DNA of 34,807 nucleotides. It comes from an uncultured Clostridia bacterium. Lineage in GTDB: Bacteria > Bacillota > Clostridia > Oscillospirales > Ruminococcaceae. Numbering within the stretch: the stretch's first letter is position 1; every line of letters begins with the position of its first letter. The stretch is taken from contig CAMBHV010000001.1 of assembly GCA_945867255.1 (NCBI GenBank), positions 1-34,807 on the forward strand, given 5' to 3'. A model generated the notes under the pieces. It worked only from the letters and a program-made list of their open reading frames with translations. It had not been told where the DNA came from and ran no database searches. Positions 17,496 through 26,248 of this stretch are shown in pieces. The translations under genes were made by a program, and so were the position numbers.

Positions 17496-17579
17496 TCGTT
17501 TTCCCTGCTTTCCTCTTGTTTGCATCTTTCTTGCCGGTATCTGTAAAAAAACAGCCGGCAAACTGTACCAGGTGCGCCT

Positions 17580-17608
17580 ATTATAGCGCATTTTCCCCAT
17601 GTTTACAA
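17580..17608 (-). promoter_or_regulatory. Sigma-A promoter of aspS
   Basis: TTGTAA-17bp-TATAAT on the minus strand. Confidence 0.65.
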
Positions 17609-17635
17609 CGTATGTTTTACCCGGTTGCCACGCTT

Positions 17636-18925
17636 TTACTGCCGAGAGGGCACAATGCGCCTGCACTCCAGATAATATCGCTTTTCTTCCGCTGTTCCCA
17701 TGGAAAATGTCTTCTTCGGCAATACTCCGCCTTCGGCGACACCACGCAGAAGATCCTGTTTTTCAAAGTTAGGCAACAGAACACCCACTGCCCCTTCTTG
17801 CGCCACCAGTGCCTGCAGGGCAGCTTCGCCATGGATATAATCCACCCGTATATCGGGATTCTGTTCGCACAAAACAGCGAGGAATGCCTCCAACGTACCC
17901 ACTGCAAGCGGATGCACAGCATCGCTTGCACAAAGCACGGATATTTGATCCCCGTGTTTGCCCAAAATGCGAAAACGCTGCCTTTCTTCCTTCTGCACAA
18001 GTGCCTGTTTTCCCTTCAAAAAAGCCTCGAACAAGCGGCAAAACTCTTCCGGTTCTATGCCAAACACTGCACGGTGGATAGGCTCCACCAGCAACGCCGG
18101 GCAACGGACGCTGCAAACTTCCGCAAGACAAAAACGCGCCGGATGGTTTTGGCGCTCCTCTTCAGAAAGCGTCTGCTTCAACTCTTCCCAATATGCCTTT
18201 GCCGTGGCAAGCGAATGGTTGCCGTCGCCCACCGCCAGTGCGAAAGGGGCGCCGGACGCACCTGGATATTTTTGCCGAAACACCTCTGGCCTTGACAGTT
18301 CTTCCACCGATTTCTCTACCGCCTCGATGTCTGCCTCATCTGTAATTGCCCAACCTGCTACACGCCCGCCACCCAACATCAGAGGCGTGTCATATAGCGG
18401 TTGAAAATCGGCTTTTCTCAAAGCCAATTCGCCCAGCAGATCCCGTGGAAAATCATCCATCAGCATCATGATATGCGGGCTTTCCAGCACTGCGCCGCGC
18501 CGCACAGCCAAGCGCGGCGGAATGCGTGCAGCCACAGTGGCTTCGCTGGGGCGCACCAGCGGTGTTGCACCGGCCTCGTAGCTGTAAGCCTCCAAATCCA
18601 CCGCCCCCAAAAGGCCGCGGCGGGTCCCGCTTTGTGTGGTGCGTTCCACATAGATAAATCCGTGCACTTTTTGCAGAAGCACCTCATTGTCAACTTTATG
18701 CATGTTCGCATGAATGGCCTCGATACGTGCAGCTGTATCCGCCTTATCCAGATAACATTCCGGCAGTATGATGTCGAGCGCGCTGGGACGGCCTTTTCTA
18801 GCCAGCTGGGCTTTTTCCCAGTATGAAGGCATACTGGTATACTGATCACACGCCAGAACTGCCCAGCCATCCAGCTCCACCCATGGTGCTGGCAGAAGGA
18901 TATCTGCAGCTTGGAACGGTCTCAT
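17636..18925 (-). CDS. DUF1015 family protein
   Basis: WAVLACDQYTS, VDLEAY, E.TV..RIPPR, AVGDGNHSLATAK, LPKKTFSMG....KRYYLE; family recognised from memory. Confidence 0.8.
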   Translation of the reverse strand: MRPFQAADILLPAPWVELDGWAVLACDQYTSMPSYWEKAQLARKGRPSALDIILPECYLDKADTAARIEAIHANMHKVDNEVLLQKVHGFIYVERTTQSGTRRGLLGAVDLEAYSYEAGATPLVRPSEATVAARIPPRLAVRRGAVLESPHIMMLMDDFPRDLLGELALRKADFQPLYDTPLMLGGGRVAGWAITDEADIEAVEKSVEELSRPEVFRQKYPGASGAPFALAVGDGNHSLATAKAYWEELKQTLSEEERQNHPARFCLAEVCSVRCPALLVEPIHRAVFGIEPEEFCRLFEAFLKGKQALVQKEERQRFRILGKHGDQISVLCASDAVHPLAVGTLEAFLAVLCEQNPDIRVDYIHGEAALQALVAQEGAVGVLLPNFEKQDLLRGVAEGGVLPKKTFSMGTAEEKRYYLECRRIVPSRQ

Positions 18926-19072
18926 TGAGGTTCCCCCTTTTTGTACAGATGCATAAAAATATCCGTTTCCATCATAACCTCTGAATGAAAAAAACTCAAG
19001 GAAAAAAGCCGCATGGTCCTTTTTCAGCGCTTCTTAAATTTGCATTATCGTACACATTTTTTATATTTTCGC

Positions 19073-19101
19073 TTGAAATATTGCTCTCTGATGCGTATAA
19101 T
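19073..19101 (+). promoter_or_regulatory. Sigma-A promoter of the LbH-glmM operon
   Basis: TTGAAA-17bp-TATAAT. Confidence 0.7.
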
Positions 19102-19142
19102 GAGGAGAGGATTTTACCAATCGTTCGGAAAGGAGACTCGAT

Positions 19143-19823
19143 ATGGCACATCCATGCAGCACTGCAGCGCTGTTCGACCTTACAAAAACACAAGCTGCGT
19201 CTCTGTTGGCCAATACCACATTTCCGTGGCAGGCGCTGGAGGGGCTGAAAGAATTTATTTTAAACCTGGGCGAAACACTGGATCCGGAAGAGTATGAACG
19301 CCTTGGCGATTATGTTTGGGCAGCCAAAACCGCACATATTGCAAAAAGCGCCTATCTGGGCGGGCCCTGTATCATCGGCCCTGGAACGGAAGTGCGCCAC
19401 GGTGCATTCATTCGTGGCTCAGCACTGGTTGGTGAGGGCTGCGTAGTAGGTAACTCGGTAGAACTGAAGAACTGTGTTCTGTTTGATGGGGCGCAAGTAC
19501 CTCACTTCAATTATGTAGGCGATTCCGTGCTGGGATATAAAGCGCACTTGGGGGCCGGGGCGGTCACATCCAATGTAAAAAGCGATAAAACACTTGTGGT
19601 GATAAAGGCACTGGGTGAGTGCCTGCCGACCGGCCGAAAAAAAGTGGGCGCCATGGTGGGCGACGGCGCAGAAGTGGGTTGCAACAGTGTGTTGTGCCCG
19701 GGCAGTGTCCTCGGAAAAGGTGCACAGGTATATCCTACAAGCTGTGTGCGCGGCTTTGTGCCAGAGAACTATATTTATAAAACAGCAGATAACATCGTGC
19801 CGCGAGATAAAAGGCACGCATAA
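19143..19823 (+). CDS. Left-handed beta-helix acyltransferase resembling the GlmU C-terminal (GlcN-1-P acetyltransferase) domain
   Basis: Hexapeptide repeats; VGNSVELKN, PHFNYVGDS, LGAGAVTSN, VGCNSVL; no nucleotidyltransferase domain; directly upstream of glmM. Confidence 0.78.
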   Translation: MAHPCSTAALFDLTKTQAASLLANTTFPWQALEGLKEFILNLGETLDPEEYERLGDYVWAAKTAHIAKSAYLGGPCIIGPGTEVRHGAFIRGSALVGEGCVVGNSVELKNCVLFDGAQVPHFNYVGDSVLGYKAHLGAGAVTSNVKSDKTLVVIKALGECLPTGRKKVGAMVGDGAEVGCNSVLCPGSVLGKGAQVYPTSCVRGFVPENYIYKTADNIVPRDKRHA

Positions 19824-19844
19824 GCAGGAAAGGAAGCGAAACCA

Positions 19845-21194
19845 ATGGGAAGATTGTTTGGAACGGATGGCGTGCGTGGTGTAGCCGGCGAAGATATGAC
19901 TTGTGAGCTGGCAATGAACATTGGCCGTGCAGCCGCCACCGTATTGACATACGGACGCCGCCGCAGGCCTCTTGTGGTGCTTGGCAAAGACACCCGCCTT
20001 TCTTCCGATATGCTGGGGGCCGCTCTTTCTGCCGGGCTTTGCAGCGTAGGGGCGGACGTGATTGACTTAGGCGTGGTACCCACACCCGCTGTGGCCTATC
20101 TTGTGGGGAAATACAAGGCTGATGCAGGCGTCATGATTTCTGCCTCGCACAACCCGTATCAGTTCAATGGCATCAAAATCTTTGGTGGCGAGGGCTTTAA
20201 GCTGCCGGATGCTCTGGAAGACCAGATTGAGGCCCTTGTGCTGGACGAAGCAGCCATTCCTCTGGTGGGCGGCGACAAACTGGGGCAAATCACGCACTCC
20301 ACTACTGCAGTGCGTGATTATGTAGAGCATTTGAAATCCACAGTGCCCTATTCGCTGGACGGTATGAAGATTGCAGTGGACTGCGCAAACGGTTCTGCCA
20401 GTGCCACAGCGCGCATGTTGTTTGAAGAATTGCGCGCCGATGCCGTCATCCTGAGCGACACGCCGGACGGCGTGAACATTAACACAAACTGCGGTTCCAC
20501 ACATATGGAAGCCCTGCAGGAATATGTACGGCAGCACCCTGATGTTGTGGCTGGCGTCGCATTCGATGGCGATGCAGACCGCTGCCTGTTCGTAGATGAG
20601 ACAGGAGAAGTGGTAGATGGTGATTTCATCATGGCCATCTGTGGGTTGGATCTTGCAAGCCGCGGCAAGCTGCGCCGTGATACCATCGTAGGCACTGTGC
20701 TTACCAACATGGGTTTTGCACGTTTTTGTGAAGAAAACGGCCTGAAATTTGCCGCCACAAAAGTAGGCGACCGTTATGTGTTGGAAGAAATGGAGCTGGA
20801 AGGTTATGTGCTTGGGGGAGAACAATCCGGCCATGTGATCTTCCGCGATTTCGCCACCACCGGTGACGGCCAACTCACCGCCATTCAGCTGCTGTGCCTG
20901 ATGAAACGGGGTGGAAAACCGCTGAGCGAATTGGCACGTGTGATGCGCCGGATGCCGCAAGTAATGGTAAATGTAACGGTATCAAAAGAAGGCAAATTGC
21001 AGTTCTACAACAATGACGCCATCAAAACGGCCTGTGCCGCGGCAAAAGACACCCTTGGCAGCCGCGGGCGCGTGCTGGTACGGGTATCCGGCACAGAACC
21101 GCTGGTACGTGTGATGGTGGAAGGTGAAAATGAGGAAGAGATCGCCGCCATTGCACAAGATTTGGCGCAGCTTGTAAAAAAAGAACTGGCATAA
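19845..21194 (+). CDS. glmM: Phosphoglucosamine mutase
   Basis: LFGTDGVRG, GKDTRLS, ISASHNP, FDGDADR, VGDRYV, GGEQSGH, RVSGTEP. Confidence 0.96.
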   Translation: MGRLFGTDGVRGVAGEDMTCELAMNIGRAAATVLTYGRRRRPLVVLGKDTRLSSDMLGAALSAGLCSVGADVIDLGVVPTPAVAYLVGKYKADAGVMISASHNPYQFNGIKIFGGEGFKLPDALEDQIEALVLDEAAIPLVGGDKLGQITHSTTAVRDYVEHLKSTVPYSLDGMKIAVDCANGSASATARMLFEELRADAVILSDTPDGVNINTNCGSTHMEALQEYVRQHPDVVAGVAFDGDADRCLFVDETGEVVDGDFIMAICGLDLASRGKLRRDTIVGTVLTNMGFARFCEENGLKFAATKVGDRYVLEEMELEGYVLGGEQSGHVIFRDFATTGDGQLTAIQLLCLMKRGGKPLSELARVMRRMPQVMVNVTVSKEGKLQFYNNDAIKTACAAAKDTLGSRGRVLVRVSGTEPLVRVMVEGENEEEIAAIAQDLAQLVKKELA

Positions 21195-21196
21195 AG

Positions 21197-21243
21197 AAAA
21201 CCCTCTGCGAACACGCCGGCAGGCAAGTTCACAGAGGGTTTTT
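21197..21243. terminator. Bidirectional intrinsic terminator
   Basis: AAAACCCTCTGCGAAC...GTTCACAGAGGGTTTT. Confidence 0.8.
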
Positions 21244-21258
21244 CAAAGTTTGAGTTTC

Positions 21259-21843
21259 TTACAGCATCGCCTGCAAGGCACCTTCCATCACAAACTGCAT
21301 TTTCTGTTTTACATCGTATTCCGGATTGCCATGAATAGACCAGTCAAACAATACACCACGCGCGCAAATAAACAAATAATCACACCATTCTTCCGCAGTG
21401 TGCTGCTGGTTGATCTGCCCACTTTTCTGGTAGTGTTCCAAAAGGTTTTCCAGCTTTTTTTCAAATTTTCGGTTCCCATTTAAAAAGGCCCTGCCTTCCG
21501 GGGTCGTCAACATCCTTGCAAATTCCTGCCCGGGGGCAATATTTAGCATCACGTACTTCTGAAAATATGCCTGCAGAACATCATAAGGGTTTCCCTGAAG
21601 CGATTGCTCTTCTTCAAATTCTTCAAAATAGTCTTCTGCGTTGATAAACATCTCGGTATACAGCGCCATCTTGGAAGGATAGTAGTGATAAAATGTACCA
21701 ATCCCCACTCCGGCAGCTTTTGCCAACTGTTCTACAGTTACTGTCTCAAACCCCTGTTCGCGAAATAAATTTACACTGCACCTGTATATTTTTTCTTTTG
21801 TCTGCCTGGCTTGTAAGGTGCGTTTTGTAACCTTTTTCTCCAT
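21259..21843 (-). CDS. TetR/AcrR family transcriptional regulator
   Basis: LF.EQGFE.VTVEQLAKAAGVGIGTFYHYYPSK HTH; GAGGGGG RBS before ATG 21843. Confidence 0.92.
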   Translation of the reverse strand: MEKKVTKRTLQARQTKEKIYRCSVNLFREQGFETVTVEQLAKAAGVGIGTFYHYYPSKMALYTEMFINAEDYFEEFEEEQSLQGNPYDVLQAYFQKYVMLNIAPGQEFARMLTTPEGRAFLNGNRKFEKKLENLLEHYQKSGQINQQHTAEEWCDYLFICARGVLFDWSIHGNPEYDVKQKMQFVMEGALQAML

Positions 21844-21900
21844 GGCTCTAGTCCCCCTCAAGGCTTCCTGCAAACCGATTCAAACATGATAATCCATTAT

Positions 21901-21929
21901 ATTATAACAGGCACGACAGCCTTTCTCAA
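21901..21929 (-). promoter_or_regulatory. Sigma-A promoter of tetR
   Basis: TTGAGA-17bp-TATAAT with TGn extension. Confidence 0.65.
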
Positions 21930-21930
21930 T

Positions 21931-21970
21931 ATAAACACCGGGGCCGCTTAATAGCGGCGCCGGTGTTTAT
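21931..21970 (-). terminator. Terminator after the amidohydrolase gene
   Basis: ATAAACACCGGGGCCGCT-taat-AGCGGCGCCGGTGTTTAT. Confidence 0.78.
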
Positions 21971-21993
21971 TCTTTCATATTTCTGCCTATGGT

Positions 21994-23187
21994 TCAGCTG
22001 TTAGCCCGCAGCCATTCGATTGCTGTGTTGGCAAATACGGCCGCACCCTTATACAGAACAGTTTCATCAAAGCGCACGCGCGGGTTGTGCTGAGGGTACC
22101 CGTATCCTTCTGCTGCCGTGCCGCCAGAGATGATCAGATAACAAGTAGGCACCACCTGAGAGATTTCGCTCAAATCATCCGAACCCGAGAACGGCGCAGG
22201 CATCTCCGGCACATCTTCTCCGAGCAAAGTTTGTGTGTATTCCATAATATCCTTGGTCAGTGCAGGCTCGTTATATACACTGGGGATGCCTTGTGTAAAC
22301 ACAACGTCCACTTTTGCCCCAAAAGCTTTTCCCATTCCTTCACAGATCTCTTTGATCCGTTCCTTAAAACGGGTGCGTGTTGCTTCCACTGTCGTACGCA
22401 TAGTGCCTACAAGACATACCTTCTCGGGCAGCACATTGGCCGCTTCGCCTCCATTGAAACTACCAATGGTAAGGACGCCCTGTTCTTCTGGCGCCAGTTC
22501 GCGCGATGTCAGGTTCTGCAGGGCAGAATAAATATGTACACCCACGTTCAGCGCATCCACACCTGCCTGCGGCATACTGCCATGGGTACCTTTGCCCAGC
22601 ACAGTGATCGTAATGGTATCACACGAAGACATCATCGGGCCGCAACGTGTATAAATAGTGCCGGCTGAATACGGGCTTTGCGACATGATGTGCATGGAAA
22701 CAGCCGCATCTACATGTGGGTTTTCCAACACACCGTCTTTCAACATCGCCTGGCTACCGGAAAAACCAAGCGGATTCGTTCCTTCTTCGTCCGGTTGGAA
22801 CATCAGTTTCACGCAGCCGTTCAGTTCCGCCTCGTGTTCTTTCAGCATTTTGGCCGCACAAAGGAGCATGGCTGTATGTGTATCATGCCCACAGGTATGG
22901 GCTGCATCGCCCTTAGCTGCAAACTCCAGGCCGGATTCCTCCTTCATAGGGAGAGCATCCATGTCGGCACGCAGCAAAATGGTCTTTCCGCCCGGCTTGC
23001 CCACTGTGGCCACAATGCCGGCCTTGCTCATGCGCTGCGGCTCATACCCCATTGCCTTCAACTTTTCTTCTACAAAGGCACATGTCTCTGTCAACTCAAA
23101 GCCCACTTCTGCATGCTGATGCAACCACCGGCGGTTTTCCACCAATTCCGGTTGCAATTCCTTTGCACGCTGTAACAGTTCTTTCAT
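21994..23187 (-). CDS. M20D family amidohydrolase (aminoacylase/hippuricase-like)
   Basis: RR.LH..AE, LRADMDALP, HTCGHD, FQPDEE, G.GTHGSMP, QHNP; GGAGG RBS. Confidence 0.92.
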   Translation of the reverse strand: MKELLQRAKELQPELVENRRWLHQHAEVGFELTETCAFVEEKLKAMGYEPQRMSKAGIVATVGKPGGKTILLRADMDALPMKEESGLEFAAKGDAAHTCGHDTHTAMLLCAAKMLKEHEAELNGCVKLMFQPDEEGTNPLGFSGSQAMLKDGVLENPHVDAAVSMHIMSQSPYSAGTIYTRCGPMMSSCDTITITVLGKGTHGSMPQAGVDALNVGVHIYSALQNLTSRELAPEEQGVLTIGSFNGGEAANVLPEKVCLVGTMRTTVEATRTRFKERIKEICEGMGKAFGAKVDVVFTQGIPSVYNEPALTKDIMEYTQTLLGEDVPEMPAPFSGSDDLSEISQVVPTCYLIISGGTAAEGYGYPQHNPRVRFDETVLYKGAAVFANTAIEWLRANS

Positions 23188-23263
23188 TTCAAATTTGCCT
23201 CCTTGCCAGTTTTATAATGAAAAAATTTGTGCTTTTTGACAAAAACTTTTTTCTGAAAAAGGG

Positions 23264-23349
23264 TTGTTTTTTTCGAAGCCACATGATAGAATTCATTCGT
23301 CGAATGAATTCTATGAATTGATTCTACAAAATATTTTTGCTTCTGTCAA
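23264..23349. promoter_or_regulatory. Face-to-face promoters flanking a perfect 29-bp palindromic operator (23286-23314)
   Basis: ATAGAATTCATTCG-T-CGAATGAATTCTAT. Minus strand TTGACA(23349-23344)-17-TAGAAT(23326-23321). Plus strand TTGTTT(23264-23269)-17-TAGAAT(23287-23292) with TGn. Confidence 0.72.
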
Positions 23350-23481
23350 CTACATTGTTTCATAAAATATAACACGCATTTTTGTTGCATTCCAACATTT
23401 CAACCAAGTATTTCCGGTCTTTCCCAGGCCGAAAAAATAGGATGACAGGGTATCTCGAACGATTGAAAGGAGTTATTTGTT

Positions 23482-24885
23482 GTGGAAAAGCAGAAAAAAC
23501 AATTTCGCATGCCAACCGCATTCACGGTATTGATCCTTCTCACTATCGTGGTTGCAATTATCACCCGATTCATTCCAGCCATCACCCCTGCAACGGTATC
23601 TGATGTGATTATGGCCCCCATCAACGGTTTTTCCAGCGCACTGGGTGTTTCGCTGTTTGTTCTAGTGCTGGGTGGTTTTCTGGGTGTTGTGATGAAAACC
23701 GGCGCGCTGAACGCCGCAATCACTACGGTCGTAAAAAAATTAAATGGCAAAGAGATCTGGATGATTCCCATTTTGATGTTTTTAATCAGCCTGGGCGGCA
23801 CTACTTATGGGATGGCAGAGGAAACAATCGCCTTCTATGCCCTGGTAACGGCTACGATGGTGGCAGCCGGTTTTGACGCCCTTACTGCTGCTTCTACCAT
23901 TCTTCTTGGTTCTACCGCTGGTGTTCTTGGTTCTACGGTAAACCCGTTCGTTGTCTCTGCCAGTGTAGATGCCTTAAAAACATCCGGCATCACCATTAAT
24001 CAGACTGTTATCATTATTGTGGGTGCAATCTCCTGGCTGGCCTGCTATGCGATTGGCGCCGCTTATGTCATGCATTATGCCAAGAAAGTGAAAGCCAATA
24101 AATCGGCCTCTCTTCTTACCGCCGAAGAATGGAAAGCCGTGGAAGAAGAATTCGGCGGAGAAAAAGCACCGGATGCAAACGTAAACTTTACCACGCGCCA
24201 GAAAGTTGTTATGGTGCTGTTTGCGCTTTCCTTCGTTGTAATGATTGTAGGTATGATCCCATGGGGCTCGTTTGGAATTCACCTGTTTGATCACACCAGC
24301 CTTCTCACCGGCAATAACCTTGGAGACTGGTATTTTGGTGATCTGACTGCATGGTTCCTGGTTATGGCAATCGTCATCGGGCTTGTATATGGCCTGAAAG
24401 AACGCGATATCGTGGGCTCCTTTCTGTCCGGCGCTGGCGATCTGATCAGTGTTTCCCTTGTGATTGCGGTCTCCCGCGGTATCTCTTTCATCATGAGCAC
24501 CACCGGGCTGGATATGTACATTCTGGAAAAGGCTTCTCAGGCACTTGCCGGAACATCCTCCGTCCTGTTTACAGGACTTGCATATCTGGTATACCTGCTT
24601 CTGTCCTTCCTGATTCCCTCTTCTTCCGGACTGGCCACTGTGTCCATGCCTATCATGGGGCCTCTGACGGAAGGCCTTGGCCTTGCCCCTGAAGTAATGG
24701 TGTGTGTGTTGAGCGGCGCGTGCGCTTTGATCAACGGCATTACCCCTACCAGTGGTGTTCTGATGGGCGGCATTTCGATTTCCCGCATTGAATTTGCCAC
24801 CTGGGTCAAGTATATCTGGAAAGTATTGCTGGCCATGCTGGTGGTTCACGTCGTTATTCTTTCCATCTCCATGGTAATATTCTAA
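23482..24885 (+). CDS. YfcC/DcuC-like transporter (basic amino acid/peptide antiporter family)
   Basis: F.MP.AFT.L, LGGTTYGMAEET, STVNPF, FLIPSSSGLA..SMPIM.PL, PTSGVLMG; AAGGAG RBS, GTG start. Confidence 0.9.
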   Translation: MEKQKKQFRMPTAFTVLILLTIVVAIITRFIPAITPATVSDVIMAPINGFSSALGVSLFVLVLGGFLGVVMKTGALNAAITTVVKKLNGKEIWMIPILMFLISLGGTTYGMAEETIAFYALVTATMVAAGFDALTAASTILLGSTAGVLGSTVNPFVVSASVDALKTSGITINQTVIIIVGAISWLACYAIGAAYVMHYAKKVKANKSASLLTAEEWKAVEEEFGGEKAPDANVNFTTRQKVVMVLFALSFVVMIVGMIPWGSFGIHLFDHTSLLTGNNLGDWYFGDLTAWFLVMAIVIGLVYGLKERDIVGSFLSGAGDLISVSLVIAVSRGISFIMSTTGLDMYILEKASQALAGTSSVLFTGLAYLVYLLLSFLIPSSSGLATVSMPIMGPLTEGLGLAPEVMVCVLSGACALINGITPTSGVLMGGISISRIEFATWVKYIWKVLLAMLVVHVVILSISMVIF

Positions 24886-24926
24886 CCGTCAGCCATCTTT
24901 CGCCAAGTGCGAAATCTTCCTCATAG

Positions 24927-24972
24927 AAAAACAGGCGCTGTACGCAAAGCCGTGCGTGCAGCGCCTGTTTTT
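24927..24972. terminator. Bidirectional intrinsic terminator
   Basis: AAAAACAGGCGCTGTACGC...GCGTGCAGCGCCTGTTTTT. Confidence 0.85.
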
Positions 24973-24991
24973 ATTTATAGAAATGGTCCCC

Positions 24992-26236
24992 TCAATCAAA
25001 GAATTTCAGTTCCGGATATTTTTCGCTCAAGCACACAGCCGAAAATCCCCGTTGCTCAAGTCTCTCATATTGTTTACCCAGTTTTTTGGCCGCCGCCTGT
25101 ACTGTCACCTCATATTCTCCCTGTTTACGCAGTGCGGCAGCTTTTTGCAGAACATCTGCAAAATTCTCCTGAGGCCCATATAGCAACGCCAAACGTTTGG
25201 CCGCCTGTGGCACAGCATACCCCTGTTCCAACAAAATGGAACAAATGCGTTCAAACCCGATGGAGAACCCTACCGCCGGCACCTTCTGGCCCAAGAATTT
25301 GCCAACCATATCATCATATCGGCCACCGCCAGCCACTGCGCCGGCAAACTGGGCACAGGTCACCTCAAACACCATGCCGGTGTAATATCCCTGCCCACGC
25401 ACCAGAGAGGGATTATACTCCACTGCATACGCCCCATCTGCCACAGTGCGCGCCGTGTTCAACACATATCTCACATTTTCTGAAAGTGTCTTATCTTCGC
25501 ACAACGCTGCCACTTCATCCAGCCCAAATGCACCTTTCGCCAGGAATGCCTCCAGTGCCGCTACCGCCTGTTCGGCAAAACCTTTTTCGCGCAATTCTGC
25601 TGCTACACCAACGGGGCCCACTTTATCCAGCTTGTCGAATGTGATACATACGGAATCCAGTGTTTCCTGCTGGAATCCAAGCCCTTGCAACATGCCTCGC
25701 AGAAGGCGCCTGTCGTTTACATTCACCGTAAAATTGGAAAAGCCAATGGCCATCAACGCACGTGCCGTCACATCGATCAGTTCCACTTCCGCATTCAGGC
25801 TTTCATCGCCAAGGATATCGATGTCACATTGTACAAATTCGCGCATACGGCCCTTCTGAGGACGTTCGGCACGATATACCCGGTCTGTCTGGATCACCTT
25901 AAACGGAACCGGCAGTTTTTCCTTGTTTGCCGCATAATATCGGGAAAGCGGCAACGTCAAATCGTACCGCAAACCCATATCGGAAAGTGCATTTTCCTCT
26001 CCGGAAGCAAGCGCCTTTTCCAGTTTTTCTCCACGTTTTAAAACTTTGAAGATCAGGTTCAGGTTATCGCCACCATCCGATTTATCCAAATTTTCCATAT
26101 CTTCCAAAATCGGTGTGGAAATACGCTCGAATCCACTTGCACGATACACCTGCAAAATTTTTGCCTGCACATAATCACGCACACGCATCTCCTCGGGAAG
26201 AAAATCCCGCATGCCTTTCAAAGGCGCCTTGTTCAT
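24992..26236 (-). CDS. hisS: Histidine--tRNA ligase
   Basis: KGMRDFLP, LRYDLT.PL, YRAERPQKGR.REF.QCD.D, LVRG.GYYTG, GGGRYD, GFSIGFER. Confidence 0.95.
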   Translation of the reverse strand: MNKAPLKGMRDFLPEEMRVRDYVQAKILQVYRASGFERISTPILEDMENLDKSDGGDNLNLIFKVLKRGEKLEKALASGEENALSDMGLRYDLTLPLSRYYAANKEKLPVPFKVIQTDRVYRAERPQKGRMREFVQCDIDILGDESLNAEVELIDVTARALMAIGFSNFTVNVNDRRLLRGMLQGLGFQQETLDSVCITFDKLDKVGPVGVAAELREKGFAEQAVAALEAFLAKGAFGLDEVAALCEDKTLSENVRYVLNTARTVADGAYAVEYNPSLVRGQGYYTGMVFEVTCAQFAGAVAGGGRYDDMVGKFLGQKVPAVGFSIGFERICSILLEQGYAVPQAAKRLALLYGPQENFADVLQKAAALRKQGEYEVTVQAAAKKLGKQYERLEQRGFSAVCLSEKYPELKFFD

Positions 26237-26248
26237 GATCCTCTCTCC

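Noticed and set aside
15693-17546. 617-aa plus-strand ORF
   Set aside because: Antisense shadow of aspS; no motifs, and the start lies inside a terminator.
18926-19142. glmS ribozyme or other riboswitch ahead of the glm operon
   Set aside because: The promoter leaves a leader of only about 35 nt, and there is no glmS here.
17399-25644. Other long overlapping ORFs (17399-18295, 20067-20960, 23974-24849, 24907-25644)
   Set aside because: All lie antisense to well-supported genes and lack protein-family signatures.
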